Of a DNA stretch of 64,000 bases, positions 21,179 to 30,061 are shown in pieces. The position numbers were made by a program, and so were the translations under genes. Within the stretch, counting starts at the first letter, position 1. Each line of letters begins with the position of its first letter. Source of the stretch: Chloroflexota bacterium (lineage in GTDB: Bacteria > Chloroflexota > Dehalococcoidia > UBA2979); contig VXMU01000044.1 in NCBI GenBank assembly GCA_009840945.1, positions 15,945-79,944 on the forward strand. The letters run 5' to 3'. The notes under the pieces were generated by a model. It did not search any database, was not told the DNA's origin, and saw only the letters and a program-made list of their open reading frames with translations.

Positions 21179-22108
21179 ATGGCGAAGACCGACACGGTGA
21201 CGAAGGCGCAGCTCGACGGGTGGTTCGAGTCGATCTCCAACTGGGGCCGCTGGGGCGACGACGACCAGCGCGGAGCGCTCAACCTGATCACCGACGCGAA
21301 GCGTGCCGAGGCCGCCTCGCTCGTCCGCACGGGCGCGATCGTGAGTTGCGCGCAGGAGCTGCCCAAGCGGCCCGCTCCCGACAACCCCGCGCCCGTGATC
21401 CACGCGATGCAGGGCGCGGGCGACGTGACGAGGGGCGGCGCGGGCGGCGCGAGCGACATGATCGCGATCAGCTGGCACGGCTACGCGACCACGCACCTCG
21501 ACGCCCTCTGCCACATCTTCCACAACGACCAGATGTACAACGGCTACCCGGCGTCGATGGTCACGAGCATCGGGGCGCGCCTCAACAGCATCATGGCCGG
21601 GCAGGACGGCATCGTGAGCCGCGGTGTGCTGCTCGACATCCCGGCTGTGCGCGGCGTCGACTACCTCGAACCCGGCGAGCGCATCCTCGTCGCCGACCTC
21701 GAGGCCGCCGAGGAGCGCCAGGGCGTCCGCGTTACGCCGGGCGACATCCTGCTGGTATGCACCGGGCGCGACGAGCGCAACGCCGCCGAGGGCCGCTGGG
21801 ACCCGATGACGGGCGGCCTGGCGGGGCTCTCCGGTGAGACGGCGCCGTGGTTGCGCGAGCGCGACGTGGCCGTGCTCGGCGGCGACGGCGTCTCCGACGC
21901 GCTGCCGACGCTGGTGCCGGAGTGGACGATGCCGATCCACGCCCTCGCGCTCGTCGCGCTGGGTGTGCACCTCATCGACAACATGCAGCTCTCGCGCCTC
22001 GCCGCCGCGTGCGAGGACTTCGGGCGATGGGAGTTCCAGCTCACGCTCGCGCCGCTGCGGCTGGCGCAGGGCACGGGATCGCCCGTGAACCCGATCGCGC
22101 TGTTCTGA
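21179..22108 (+). CDS. Cyclase-family protein (kynurenine formamidase-like)
   Basis: Cyclase-family motifs (..HLDALCHIFHN.., ..GVLLDIP.., ..GDILLVCTGRDERN..). Confidence 0.75.
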   Translation: MAKTDTVTKAQLDGWFESISNWGRWGDDDQRGALNLITDAKRAEAASLVRTGAIVSCAQELPKRPAPDNPAPVIHAMQGAGDVTRGGAGGASDMIAISWHGYATTHLDALCHIFHNDQMYNGYPASMVTSIGARLNSIMAGQDGIVSRGVLLDIPAVRGVDYLEPGERILVADLEAAEERQGVRVTPGDILLVCTGRDERNAAEGRWDPMTGGLAGLSGETAPWLRERDVAVLGGDGVSDALPTLVPEWTMPIHALALVALGVHLIDNMQLSRLAAACEDFGRWEFQLTLAPLRLAQGTGSPVNPIALF

Positions 22109-22187
22109 GCTCGCACCGCCGGGCCGCCTCGATGCGATACGCTGCCGCATCGAGAGCATTCAGTGAGCACGAGGGGTGGAGGGCCGC

Positions 22188-22514
22188 ATGATCTACGAGC
22201 TGCGCATCTACGAGGCCGCGCCGGGCAAGATGCCCGCACTGCACGCGCGCTTCCGCGACCACACCATGCGCATCTTCGGCAACCACGGCATGGAAGTCGT
22301 CGGCTTCTGGACGTACGCCCACGGCGGCTGGAGCGACCAGCTCGTCTACATCATGCGGTTCGACAGCATGGAGGACCGCGCCGCCAAGTGGGCCGCCTTC
22401 GCCGCCGACGAGGAGTGGCGCGAGGTGGTCACCGAGTCGCAGCGCGACGGCTCGCTGACCACGCGCATCCGCTCGGACATCCTCGCCGCCACCGACTACT
22501 CGCCGATGCAGTAG
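22188..22514 (+). CDS. NIPSNAP-family protein
   Basis: MIYELRIYEAAPGKMPALHARF..WTYAHGG..YIMRFDSMEDRAAKW pattern. Confidence 0.7.
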   Translation: MIYELRIYEAAPGKMPALHARFRDHTMRIFGNHGMEVVGFWTYAHGGWSDQLVYIMRFDSMEDRAAKWAAFAADEEWREVVTESQRDGSLTTRIRSDILAATDYSPMQ

Positions 22515-22627
22515 GGCCTGCAGGCGCCTCGACCTCCTCGGCTCAGGGCGCGCGGGCCCGTCGGCTCGCGCGCCCTATCATGCCCGCGTCCAGCGATGAC
22601 GCGGACGGGATCAGACGAGGAGCCGCC

Positions 22628-22975
22628 ATGACCCAGCCACGAGACACCGGATCGCAGGCACGCAGCGTGCTCGCCGAGCTCACGCCGAGGCTCGCCGAGC
22701 TCACCACGGACCTCGTCTTCGACGAGATCTGGGAGCGCCCGCAGCTCTCGAAGCGCGACCGCAGCCTGATCGTCGTCGCCGCGCTGACCGCGCTGTACCG
22801 CACCGACCAGCTGCGGGCGCACGTCGGCCGCGCGCTCGACAACGGCGTCACGCGCGAGGAGATCTCGGAGATCATCACGCAGATGGCCTTCTACACCGGC
22901 TGGCCGTGCGCGGTGAACGCCGCCAACGTCGCGAAGCAGGTCTACGACGACCGCGACGGGGCTAGCGCGGAGTAG
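22628..22975 (+). CDS. Carboxymuconolactone decarboxylase-family protein (CMD/AhpD-like), paralog 1
   Basis: CMD core (..RDRSLIVVAALTALYRTDQLRAHVGRALDNGVTREEISEIITQMAFYTGWPCAVNA). Confidence 0.75.
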   Translation: MTQPRDTGSQARSVLAELTPRLAELTTDLVFDEIWERPQLSKRDRSLIVVAALTALYRTDQLRAHVGRALDNGVTREEISEIITQMAFYTGWPCAVNAANVAKQVYDDRDGASAE

Positions 22976-23103
22976 CCCTCGAGGCCCCACCTGGCCGGGG
23001 GTCACCGCCGGCACGCCGCGCGCCGAGGCCGTGTGCGCCCTCGGCGCGGCGCTATCATGCCCGCGCCGGGCCCGGGCGAGCCCGCGCGGCGAGGGAGGCG
23101 GCG

Positions 23104-23439
23104 ATGACGCAACCACAGGACGACCGCTCGGCGGTGCGCGAGATGATGGCGGATGTCGCGCCGCGGCTTGCCGACATCACCAACGAGGTGGTCGTCGACC
23201 AGCTCTGGGAGCACGACGACCTCTCGCCGCGCGACCGCAGCTTCATCACCGTCGCCGCGCTGACGGCGCTCTACCGCACCGACCAGCTGAGGGCGCACAT
23301 CGGCCGCGCGCTGGACAACGGCGTGACGCGCGAGGAGATCGGCGCGATCATCACCCACATGGCGGCCTACGCCGGCTGGCCCACCGCGGTGAACGCAGTG
23401 ACCGTCGCGCGCGAGGTCTACGAAGAGCGCGACGGCTAG
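23104..23439 (+). CDS. Carboxymuconolactone decarboxylase-family protein, paralog 2 (tandem duplicate)
   Basis: Roughly 70-75% identical to the upstream paralog; a shared CTATCATGCCCGCG motif ~55 nt upstream of both ATGs. Confidence 0.75.
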   Translation: MTQPQDDRSAVREMMADVAPRLADITNEVVVDQLWEHDDLSPRDRSFITVAALTALYRTDQLRAHIGRALDNGVTREEIGAIITHMAAYAGWPTAVNAVTVAREVYEERDG

Positions 23440-23521
23440 GACCGACCCCCACCCGGGGCCAGACCGGGTGCGACCGGCCCACGTGACAGGGCGCCCTCGG
23501 CGGCGCGGCGAGGAGGCGACG

Positions 23522-24481
23522 ATGCGCGCGGCATACCACGAGACCGAGGGCGGACTCGACGTCCTGCAGTACGGCGACGTGCCAGACCCTGAGCCCGGCC
23601 CGAACGACGTGCTCATCCGCGTCGAGGCCACCTCGATGGACCGCCTCGACGTCTTCACCCGCGAGGGCTCGCACGGCCAAGGCGTCGTCGGCGACCGCTA
23701 CATCGGCGGGCGCGACTTCGCCGGGACGCTCGAGGCGCTCGGCAGCGAGGTGCGCGGCTTCGAGGTGGGGCAACGGGTCGCCGGGACGGGCTCCTCGACG
23801 CACGCGGAGCTCGCCGTCGCCGCGGCGGTGGGTGCCTTCGCGATCCCCGACAACCTCTCGTTCGACGAGGCGGGGTCGGCCCCCACGGCGGGGCGCAGCG
23901 CGCACGGCGCGCTGATCGACAAGGCGCGCATCCAGCCGGGCGAGACGGTGCTCGTCATCGCCGCCGGGAGCGGCGTCGGCAGCTTCGCGCTGCAGATCTC
24001 GAAGGCGGCCGGGTGCCGCGTCATCGCCACGGCCGGGGCCGCCGACAAGTGCCAGCAGGCGCTCGACCTTGGCGCCGACGCCGCGATCAACCACTACGAG
24101 GAGGACATCGCCGCCCGCGTGCGCGAGCTGACCGGCGGGCGGGGCGTCGAGGTGGTGTGTGACTCGGTCGGCACGCCGGTGTGGCGCGCCTGCACCGACT
24201 CGCTCGCGCCCGAGGGGCGATTCGTGACGTGCGGCGTGACGGCGGGGCACCTCGCGAGCATCCACCTCGGGCGGCTGTTCACGATGGGCCATGCCTACAT
24301 GGGCATCGGCCGCCCCGGCCCGCACGAGATCCGTCGCACGCTGACCGGGCTCTTCCACATGCTCGAACAGGGCTCGATCCGCTCGATCGTGCACGCCAAG
24401 TTCCCGCTCAGCGAGATCGCGCAGGCGCACGAGCTGATGGAGGGCTCCACGTTCTTCGGCAAGATCGTCCTCAACCCGTAG
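23522..24481 (+). CDS. Zn-dependent/MDR-family alcohol dehydrogenase or quinone oxidoreductase
   Basis: MDR fold with a Rossmann motif (VLVIAAGSGVGSFALQISKAAG). Confidence 0.8.
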   Translation: MRAAYHETEGGLDVLQYGDVPDPEPGPNDVLIRVEATSMDRLDVFTREGSHGQGVVGDRYIGGRDFAGTLEALGSEVRGFEVGQRVAGTGSSTHAELAVAAAVGAFAIPDNLSFDEAGSAPTAGRSAHGALIDKARIQPGETVLVIAAGSGVGSFALQISKAAGCRVIATAGAADKCQQALDLGADAAINHYEEDIAARVRELTGGRGVEVVCDSVGTPVWRACTDSLAPEGRFVTCGVTAGHLASIHLGRLFTMGHAYMGIGRPGPHEIRRTLTGLFHMLEQGSIRSIVHAKFPLSEIAQAHELMEGSTFFGKIVLNP

Positions 24482-24501
24482 CGGACGAGGCCTGCAGGGG
24501 C

Positions 24502-24897
24502 TCAATCTTCGGCGAGCAGAGCCTCGACGTCTCGGCGTAGCCCAGGCAGACGTTCGTGAACCGCGCCCCAGAGGATCGCGTCAGGGACGTCCTTGTACTC
24601 GTAGGCGAGAACATCGCGGAAGTCGATGATCGCACTATGGTCGGCGAGCCGCGTGGCTAGGTCGGGATCACGCTGGCGAAGTCTCGTCAGTGCCTCGCCG
24701 ATGATTCCGAACTGGCGCTCGACCGCGCTGCGCAACAGCAGGTCTTGCTGGTAGAGCTCGAACGACGCGCCGGCTGTGAACTCCTCGATGCGGGAGATAG
24801 CTGTTGCGATGTCGTAGATGCGAGCCCGAGCTTCACGCTCCATGGAGCGCTCCCCGAGTTTCGCCTCGATGCTCCTCGACGATCGGGTGCACTGCAA
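24502..24897 (-). CDS. HepT-like (DUF86, HEPN) toxin-family protein, orphan and apparently degenerate (RN..H is RD..Y); alternative start at 24843
   Basis: DUF86 pattern ..IGEAL..L...D...R...HS.IIDFRDVLAYEYKDVPDAILWGAV..; no cognate MntA nucleotidyltransferase gene adjacent; lower GC. Confidence 0.55.
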   Translation of the reverse strand: MQCTRSSRSIEAKLGERSMEREARARIYDIATAISRIEEFTAGASFELYQQDLLLRSAVERQFGIIGEALTRLRQRDPDLATRLADHSAIIDFRDVLAYEYKDVPDAILWGAVHERLPGLRRDVEALLAED

Positions 24898-24988
24898 CGC
24901 CTCCCACTACACGATAGCCCGACGAGCGCTGCGCGTCGCGCGATGCGATGATGGAGCGGCGAGCCCGCACGCGACGAAAGGCCATCCC

Positions 24989-25456
24989 ATGCCAGAGGCG
25001 CCCGACCGCATCGATCCGCAGGGGCTCGGCGACTACCTCGACGTGATGAGCAAGGCCGTCTTCCAGAGCGGCATGTCCTGGAAGGTCGTCGAGGGCAAGT
25101 GGGACACCACGCGCGAGGCGTTCCACGACTTCGACGTCGAACGCATCGCCGTGATGGACGAGGCGGAGATCGACGCCCTCGCCAACGACACGCGCGTGAT
25201 CCGCAACCGGCGCAAGCTGCACGCCGTGGTCAGCAACGCCGGCCGCATGCTGGAGCTCGAGGACGAGCACGGCACCTTCCGTGACTACCTGCGCTCGCGG
25301 GGCGAGTTCTGGGACACGCTCAAGATGCTGCGCAAGGACTTCAAGTTCCTCGGCGACTTCGGGGCGTACTACTTCCTCTACGTCGTCGGTGAGGACGTGC
25401 CGCCGCACGAGGAGTTCCGGGAGCAGATCCCGGCGGCGACCGGCCGCCGACGCTAG
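24989..25456 (+). CDS. tag: DNA-3-methyladenine glycosylase I
   Basis: Tag signature (..VFQSGMSWKVVEGKW..; ..TRVIRNRRKLHAVVSNA..). Confidence 0.85.
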   Translation: MPEAPDRIDPQGLGDYLDVMSKAVFQSGMSWKVVEGKWDTTREAFHDFDVERIAVMDEAEIDALANDTRVIRNRRKLHAVVSNAGRMLELEDEHGTFRDYLRSRGEFWDTLKMLRKDFKFLGDFGAYYFLYVVGEDVPPHEEFREQIPAATGRRR

Positions 25457-26682
25457 CTCAGCCCGGCTGACTTCGCGGCCACCGCCGCGCACGCCTCGCC
25501 GAGGCGAGCAATCGCCTCGCGCAGGGTGTCGGGCGCCACCGTGGGGTAGGCGAGGCGGATGTGGCGCTCGTCCGTGCCCTCGGGTGCGTAGAGGGTGCCT
25601 GTGGTGACAGCCACGTCGCGCTCCGCCGCCGCGGCCTGCAGCGCGCTCGCGTCGATGCCCTCGGCGAGGCGGACCCACAGGTAGAAGCCGCCGCCGGGCA
25701 GCACGAACGACGCGAGCTCGCCGAACGCGGCCCGCACCGCCTCGGCGGCCACGTCGCGGCGCTCGCGGTACACGCCCTGGATGCGTTCGAGGTGCGCCGC
25801 GTGCGTGCCCCCCTCGTAGTAGGCGAGGAGCGTGCGCAGCACGAGCGGCGAGCTGCCGTTGTCGAGCCGCGTGAAGACGACGTGCCGTACGGCCTCCTCG
25901 GCGCCCACGACCCATCCCACGCGCAGTCCCGTCGCGATGGTCTTCGAGGCGGTCCCGACGTGGAGCACGCCGCGCCCGCGGGCGACCGAGAACAGCGAGT
26001 CGGGCGCGGGACCATCGAGGTCGAGCCCCGCGTACGCGTCGTCCTCGACGATGAGCACGCCGTGGCGCGCGGCGACCTCGACGATCTGCTCGCGGCGTGC
26101 GCGCGGCACGGTCGCGCCGCTCGGGTTGTCGTAGGTGGCGACGAGGTAGATGAGCTTGGCCGTCGCGCCCTGGGCGGTGATGCGATCGAGGACCTCCTCG
26201 AGCGCGTCGGCGCGCATCCCGCCCTCGTCCTGCGGGACGGCGGCGATGCGCGCGCCGCGGGCGCGGAACGAGCGGATCGCGCCCGGGTAGGCGGGCGCGC
26301 TGATCACGGCGACATCACCCGGGCCGAGGAACGTCGCGGCGATGTTGTCGATCGCGTGGGCGCTGCCCGAGCAGAGCGTGACGTTGGCGGGGCCGAGCGC
26401 GAGGCTGCTCGCCTCGGACTCCCGGTCGGCGATCCACGCCCGCAGCGGCTCGTAACCCTGCGCGCCGCCGTAGGTGAGGGCACCGCCGGGGTCGGCGCGC
26501 AGCGCGCGCTCCATCGCGTCCGCGATGGCGTCGACGGGCAGCGAGTCGCGGTCGGGCACGCCGGCGTTGAGGTCGTAGGCGAGGGGTGAGAGGGAGGTCG
26601 GCTGCGCGAGGTCGCCCACGAACGGCCCAAGCAGCCGTTCGTAGTCGGCCCCGCCGGCAAATGCAGGCTCTTCGGTACTCAC
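25453..26682 (-). CDS. PLP-dependent aminotransferase (class I/II fold)
   Basis: Aminotransferase fold with a probable Schiff-base Lys in ..VGTASKTIATGLRVGW..; start assigned at an internal GTG, no ATG available. Confidence 0.7.
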   Translation of the reverse strand: MSTEEPAFAGGADYERLLGPFVGDLAQPTSLSPLAYDLNAGVPDRDSLPVDAIADAMERALRADPGGALTYGGAQGYEPLRAWIADRESEASSLALGPANVTLCSGSAHAIDNIAATFLGPGDVAVISAPAYPGAIRSFRARGARIAAVPQDEGGMRADALEEVLDRITAQGATAKLIYLVATYDNPSGATVPRARREQIVEVAARHGVLIVEDDAYAGLDLDGPAPDSLFSVARGRGVLHVGTASKTIATGLRVGWVVGAEEAVRHVVFTRLDNGSSPLVLRTLLAYYEGGTHAAHLERIQGVYRERRDVAAEAVRAAFGELASFVLPGGGFYLWVRLAEGIDASALQAAAAERDVAVTTGTLYAPEGTDERHIRLAYPTVAPDTLREAIARLGEACAAVAAKSAGLS

Positions 26683-26840
26683 GGTCGCGCAGCCTACGTC
26701 TCCGGGCCGGAGACGACAATGCAGGCGGTACTCCGTCGCACTGTTGCCCCGTGCGGCACGCGCTACACTGGCCCGGCGGCGGCCCCGCGAGACGCCTCGC
26801 CGGCCGCTCGAACACGGCTTTCCCGGCACGAGGAGACGCG

Positions 26841-27863
26841 ATGACCACCGGACCCGGACCGCCACCGCAGCAACCACAGGTCGTCGACGCGCCCGCCCTC
26901 GACGGCGGCGAGTGGCTGCAAGGCGGCCCGATCGACGTCCGGGGCCTCGGCAAGCCGCTGCTCGTCGACTTCTGGGACTACACCTGCCTCAACTGCCTGC
27001 GCACGCTCCCGTACCTGGCCGAGTGGCACCGCCGCTACGAGGAGCACGGACTCACCGTCGTCGGGGTGCACACGCCGGAGTTCGACTTCGCCCGCAACCC
27101 GGACCGCGTGCGCGAGGCGATCGCAGACCTCGAGATCCCGTACCCGGTGGTGCTGGACGCCGAGTTCAACATCTGGCGGGCCTACGCGAACCGCTTCTGG
27201 CCCTCCAAGTACTTCGTCGACCGCGAGGGCAAGATCCGCGCGCAGCACGCGGGCGAGGGCGCCTACGGCGAGTCCGAGCAGGTGGTGCAGGCGCTACTGC
27301 GCGAGCAGGAAGGCTTCGACGCCGAGCTACCCGCCCCGATGGAGCCGCTGCGCCCCGAGGACGGGCCGGGCGCGGTCTGCTACCGCGTCACGCCGGAGCT
27401 GTACTGCGGCTACTCGCGCGGCATCATCGGCAACCTCGGCGGCCCGCAGCCGGACCGTCCGCACCGCTACTCGGACCCCGGGAAGCACGTCGAGGGGACG
27501 CTGTACCTGGACGGGCACTGGATGGTGTCCGGCGAGAACGCGGCGCGACCGTTCGGCGCGCAGGGCCCGAGCCGCATGACGCTCACCTACATGGCCGCCG
27601 ACGTGAACCTCGTGATGCACCCGCCGATCATGGGCGGGAGCGGCGAGGCGCGCGTGCTGCTGGACGGCGAGCCGCCGGCGGGCGACGCCGCAGGCGAGGA
27701 CGCCGAGGGCGGCGTGGTCACCGTCGACAAGCCGCGCATGTACCGCCTCGTACGTGGGGTCGACGTCGAGCGGCACACGCTGACGGTGGAGACGGAGTCG
27801 GACGGACTCGCCACGTTCGCGTTCACGTTCACGTCGTGCGTCGCGCCGCCGCCGGAGGCGTAG
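26841..27863 (+). CDS. Thioredoxin-fold redoxin (TlpA/AhpC-TSA-like, CxxC = CLNC) with a ~190-aa C-terminal domain
   Basis: ..LLVDFWDYTCLNCLRTLPYL..GLTVVGVHTPEF.. thioredoxin-like core; Cys-containing paralog of the Sec-candidate gene at 42.3-43.3 kb. Confidence 0.7.
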   Translation: MTTGPGPPPQQPQVVDAPALDGGEWLQGGPIDVRGLGKPLLVDFWDYTCLNCLRTLPYLAEWHRRYEEHGLTVVGVHTPEFDFARNPDRVREAIADLEIPYPVVLDAEFNIWRAYANRFWPSKYFVDREGKIRAQHAGEGAYGESEQVVQALLREQEGFDAELPAPMEPLRPEDGPGAVCYRVTPELYCGYSRGIIGNLGGPQPDRPHRYSDPGKHVEGTLYLDGHWMVSGENAARPFGAQGPSRMTLTYMAADVNLVMHPPIMGGSGEARVLLDGEPPAGDAAGEDAEGGVVTVDKPRMYRLVRGVDVERHTLTVETESDGLATFAFTFTSCVAPPPEA

Positions 27864-27982
27864 GGACGGCCGCAACCGGTACGTCATAACGACCCGCGCT
27901 GATACGCTGCACGCCGACCGGCCGTCTCGGCCGGTTCGCAACGCCCGCGGGCACGCCCGCGCGGGCGCTCCGAGGTGCGACC

Positions 27983-28417
27983 GTGGCCGAGCAGCGCCGC
28001 CTCAACGTGTTCTTCGACGTCGACTACACGCTGATCATGGCGGACGGGCGGCTACGCAATCACACCGAGGAGGTCTTCCAGCGCCTCAAGGACGCGGGCC
28101 ACTCCATCTACATCTGGTCCGGCGTCGGCATCCGCCGCTTCGACATGCGCCTGCACGGCCTCGACGGCTACGTGGACGACTACTTCGTGAAGCCGCTGTA
28201 CCGCTACCGCGAGCGGCTCGATGAGATGGACGTGCCGATCGTCCCGGACTACGTGATCGACGACCACCCCCAGGTGGTGCGCGCCTTCGACGCCGGCTAC
28301 CACATCCCCGACATCGCCCGCCGCGACGACCGCGAGCTTCTCAACGTGCTCGAGGAGATCGAGGCGCTCGCCGATGGCCGTGCTCCAGGGGGCGACGGGT
28401 CGAACAACGGCGAATAG
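27983..28417 (+). CDS. HAD-superfamily hydrolase-like protein
   Basis: N-terminal FFDVDYTL (DxDxT motif I) in a short 144-aa HAD-like fold; GTG start. Confidence 0.5.
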   Translation: MAEQRRLNVFFDVDYTLIMADGRLRNHTEEVFQRLKDAGHSIYIWSGVGIRRFDMRLHGLDGYVDDYFVKPLYRYRERLDEMDVPIVPDYVIDDHPQVVRAFDAGYHIPDIARRDDRELLNVLEEIEALADGRAPGGDGSNNGE

Positions 28418-28427
28418 GAGCCGCGAG

Positions 28428-28844
28428 ATGGAACTCACCGACGAGCAGCGCGCATACCTGGACCGCAACCTGCTGTGCATCCTCGCCACGTCCAGGCGTG
28501 ACGGGACGCCGCAGGTGTCGACGCTCCACTACTCGGTGCAGGACGACGGCATCTACATCGGTCTCGCACGCAACTCGGCGAAGTGGCACAACGTCGCGCG
28601 CCAGCCGCGCGTCGCCGTCCTCGTGAACGAGGGCCGCGCGCAGCTCGTCGTCTACGGCACGGCCGAGCAGGTCAGCGACGACCCGGAGCGCGTCGACCGC
28701 TACCGCGCGCACCGCACGCAGACCCACGGCAAGGGCGGCGAGCTCGGGCTGCCGCAGGAGGGCGACGCCTTCCGCGAGATGCTCGACGCCGGCAACCGCG
28801 CGATGCTGCGCATCACCCCGGAGCGCGTGCTCCAGAACGAGTAG
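28428..28844 (+). CDS. Pyridoxamine 5'-phosphate oxidase-family (PPOX class, probable F420-dependent) protein
   Basis: ..LLCILATSRRDGTPQVSTLHYSV..VAVLVNEGRAQLVVYGTAE.. PNPOx-like split barrel. Confidence 0.7.
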   Translation: MELTDEQRAYLDRNLLCILATSRRDGTPQVSTLHYSVQDDGIYIGLARNSAKWHNVARQPRVAVLVNEGRAQLVVYGTAEQVSDDPERVDRYRAHRTQTHGKGGELGLPQEGDAFREMLDAGNRAMLRITPERVLQNE

Positions 28845-28849
28845 CCCCT

Positions 28850-29170
28850 CGAACCCGCGCGCTCTCCCGCCCCGCAGGGATACCCCCCGGGCAGGGCAAG
28901 CGGATCCGACTCCGGCCCCCTCTCCCGCACGGCGGGGTATCCCCGCATCGAGGCGAGGCTGCGCCCTCGGGCCGCGGCTTGCGGACCCGACCATGCAGCG
29001 GGAGAGGGTTGGAGTAGGGTCCGGTGGGCTCCTCGACGCCTGCTCGCAGCACCAGAGCAGACCCCCTCACCCTCACCCTCTCTCCCCCGCTCTGCAGCCG
29101 GGTCGGAGAGCCGAGGACTGCCCTCGGCTCTCCTCGACGCGTGGATACCCCGCGGGCGGGGGCGAGGGGA
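28850..29170. repeat. GC-rich nested palindromic intergenic repeat element, locus 2
   Basis: Contains ..ccccctctcccgcacggcggggtatccccgc.., gcagcgggagagggttggagtagggtccggtgg and cccctcaccctcaccctctctccccc; between convergent genes. Confidence 0.7.
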
Positions 29171-29176
29171 TCGGAG

Positions 29177-29980
29177 CTACGCCTCCGGCGCAGGGCGCGC
29201 GCCGCCCTGGCCCGGGGCTTCCGCCGACTGGAGGTAGAGCTGCACGAGCGCGGCGATACGGCCCCGCTCGAGGCCGGCGGCGGCGCGGATCGGCGCACCG
29301 TCGGTCGTGGCCTGCGCGCCCGTCGAGAGCATGGGCAGCGCGATGTCGACGCGCGAGTCGCCGCCGAGCCGCAGCAGTGGCTCGGCAATCGTCCAGCCGG
29401 AGCACCCCGGGTGGCGCGAGGGGTCACGCCCGACGCGCGCTGCCCAGTCGAGCGCCCGCTCGCGCACGTCGTAGTGCGAGAACAGCCGGTAGTCCGGGTC
29501 CCACCACTCGCGCTCGAAGCAGGCCGGTGACCAGTCGATCGGGAGCGGGCGGTCGTCGGCCGTCAGCGGGTCGAGCGCGACGAGCCAGAGCGCGGAGGCG
29601 AGGGCGAGCGGGGTCGTGTGGTGGTGGCCGCCGCCCTCGGTGGTCCACGTCATCGCGTGCGCGGTCGCCATCGCCTGCGAGACGCGGGCGTCGACGCCGA
29701 GCCCGGCGGCCATGAGCGTCCGCGTCACCAGAATGTGGCCGATCAGCCGCGCCTCCTCGTCTGACGCGCTGGGCTCGCCGGTGGGCAGCGTCAGCGATGC
29801 CTCGGCGTCGGGCGGGAAGCACGCGAACGTGGTCGTGACGCCGCAGTCGTGACCGGGCGAGCCGGGCTGGCCGAATGCGTCGAGCAGGGCGTCGAGGTCG
29901 TCGGGGTTGTCGACGGCGCCGCTGTCCCGGGCGGCGGGCCAGAGCCTGAGCGCGGCATCGAGGATGGGAGTGTCTGACAC
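29177..29980 (-). CDS. Hypothetical protein (contains a GGGHHH motif); start assigned at an internal GTG
   Basis: Long ORF in a coding-like frame; no family recognised; the N-terminal portion of the longest ORF is antisense to the DUF192 gene and is excluded. Confidence 0.4.
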   Translation of the reverse strand: MSDTPILDAALRLWPAARDSGAVDNPDDLDALLDAFGQPGSPGHDCGVTTTFACFPPDAEASLTLPTGEPSASDEEARLIGHILVTRTLMAAGLGVDARVSQAMATAHAMTWTTEGGGHHHTTPLALASALWLVALDPLTADDRPLPIDWSPACFEREWWDPDYRLFSHYDVRERALDWAARVGRDPSRHPGCSGWTIAEPLLRLGGDSRVDIALPMLSTGAQATTDGAPIRAAAGLERGRIAALVQLYLQSAEAPGQGGARPAPEA

Positions 29981-30061
29981 GCCCGCGACGCTACGAACGC
30001 CCCTCGGCAGTGTCAACGCGGGTCCGTGGCCCGCGCGCCGGGCGCCACCTACGATCGGCGC

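Noticed and set aside
19648-21459. 603-aa ORF spanning the PPOX gene and far upstream
   Set aside because: Only the C-terminal 144 aa (from MTMQ..) match the PPOX fold. The upstream part runs out of frame through the well-supported tandem-GNAT gene on the same strand.
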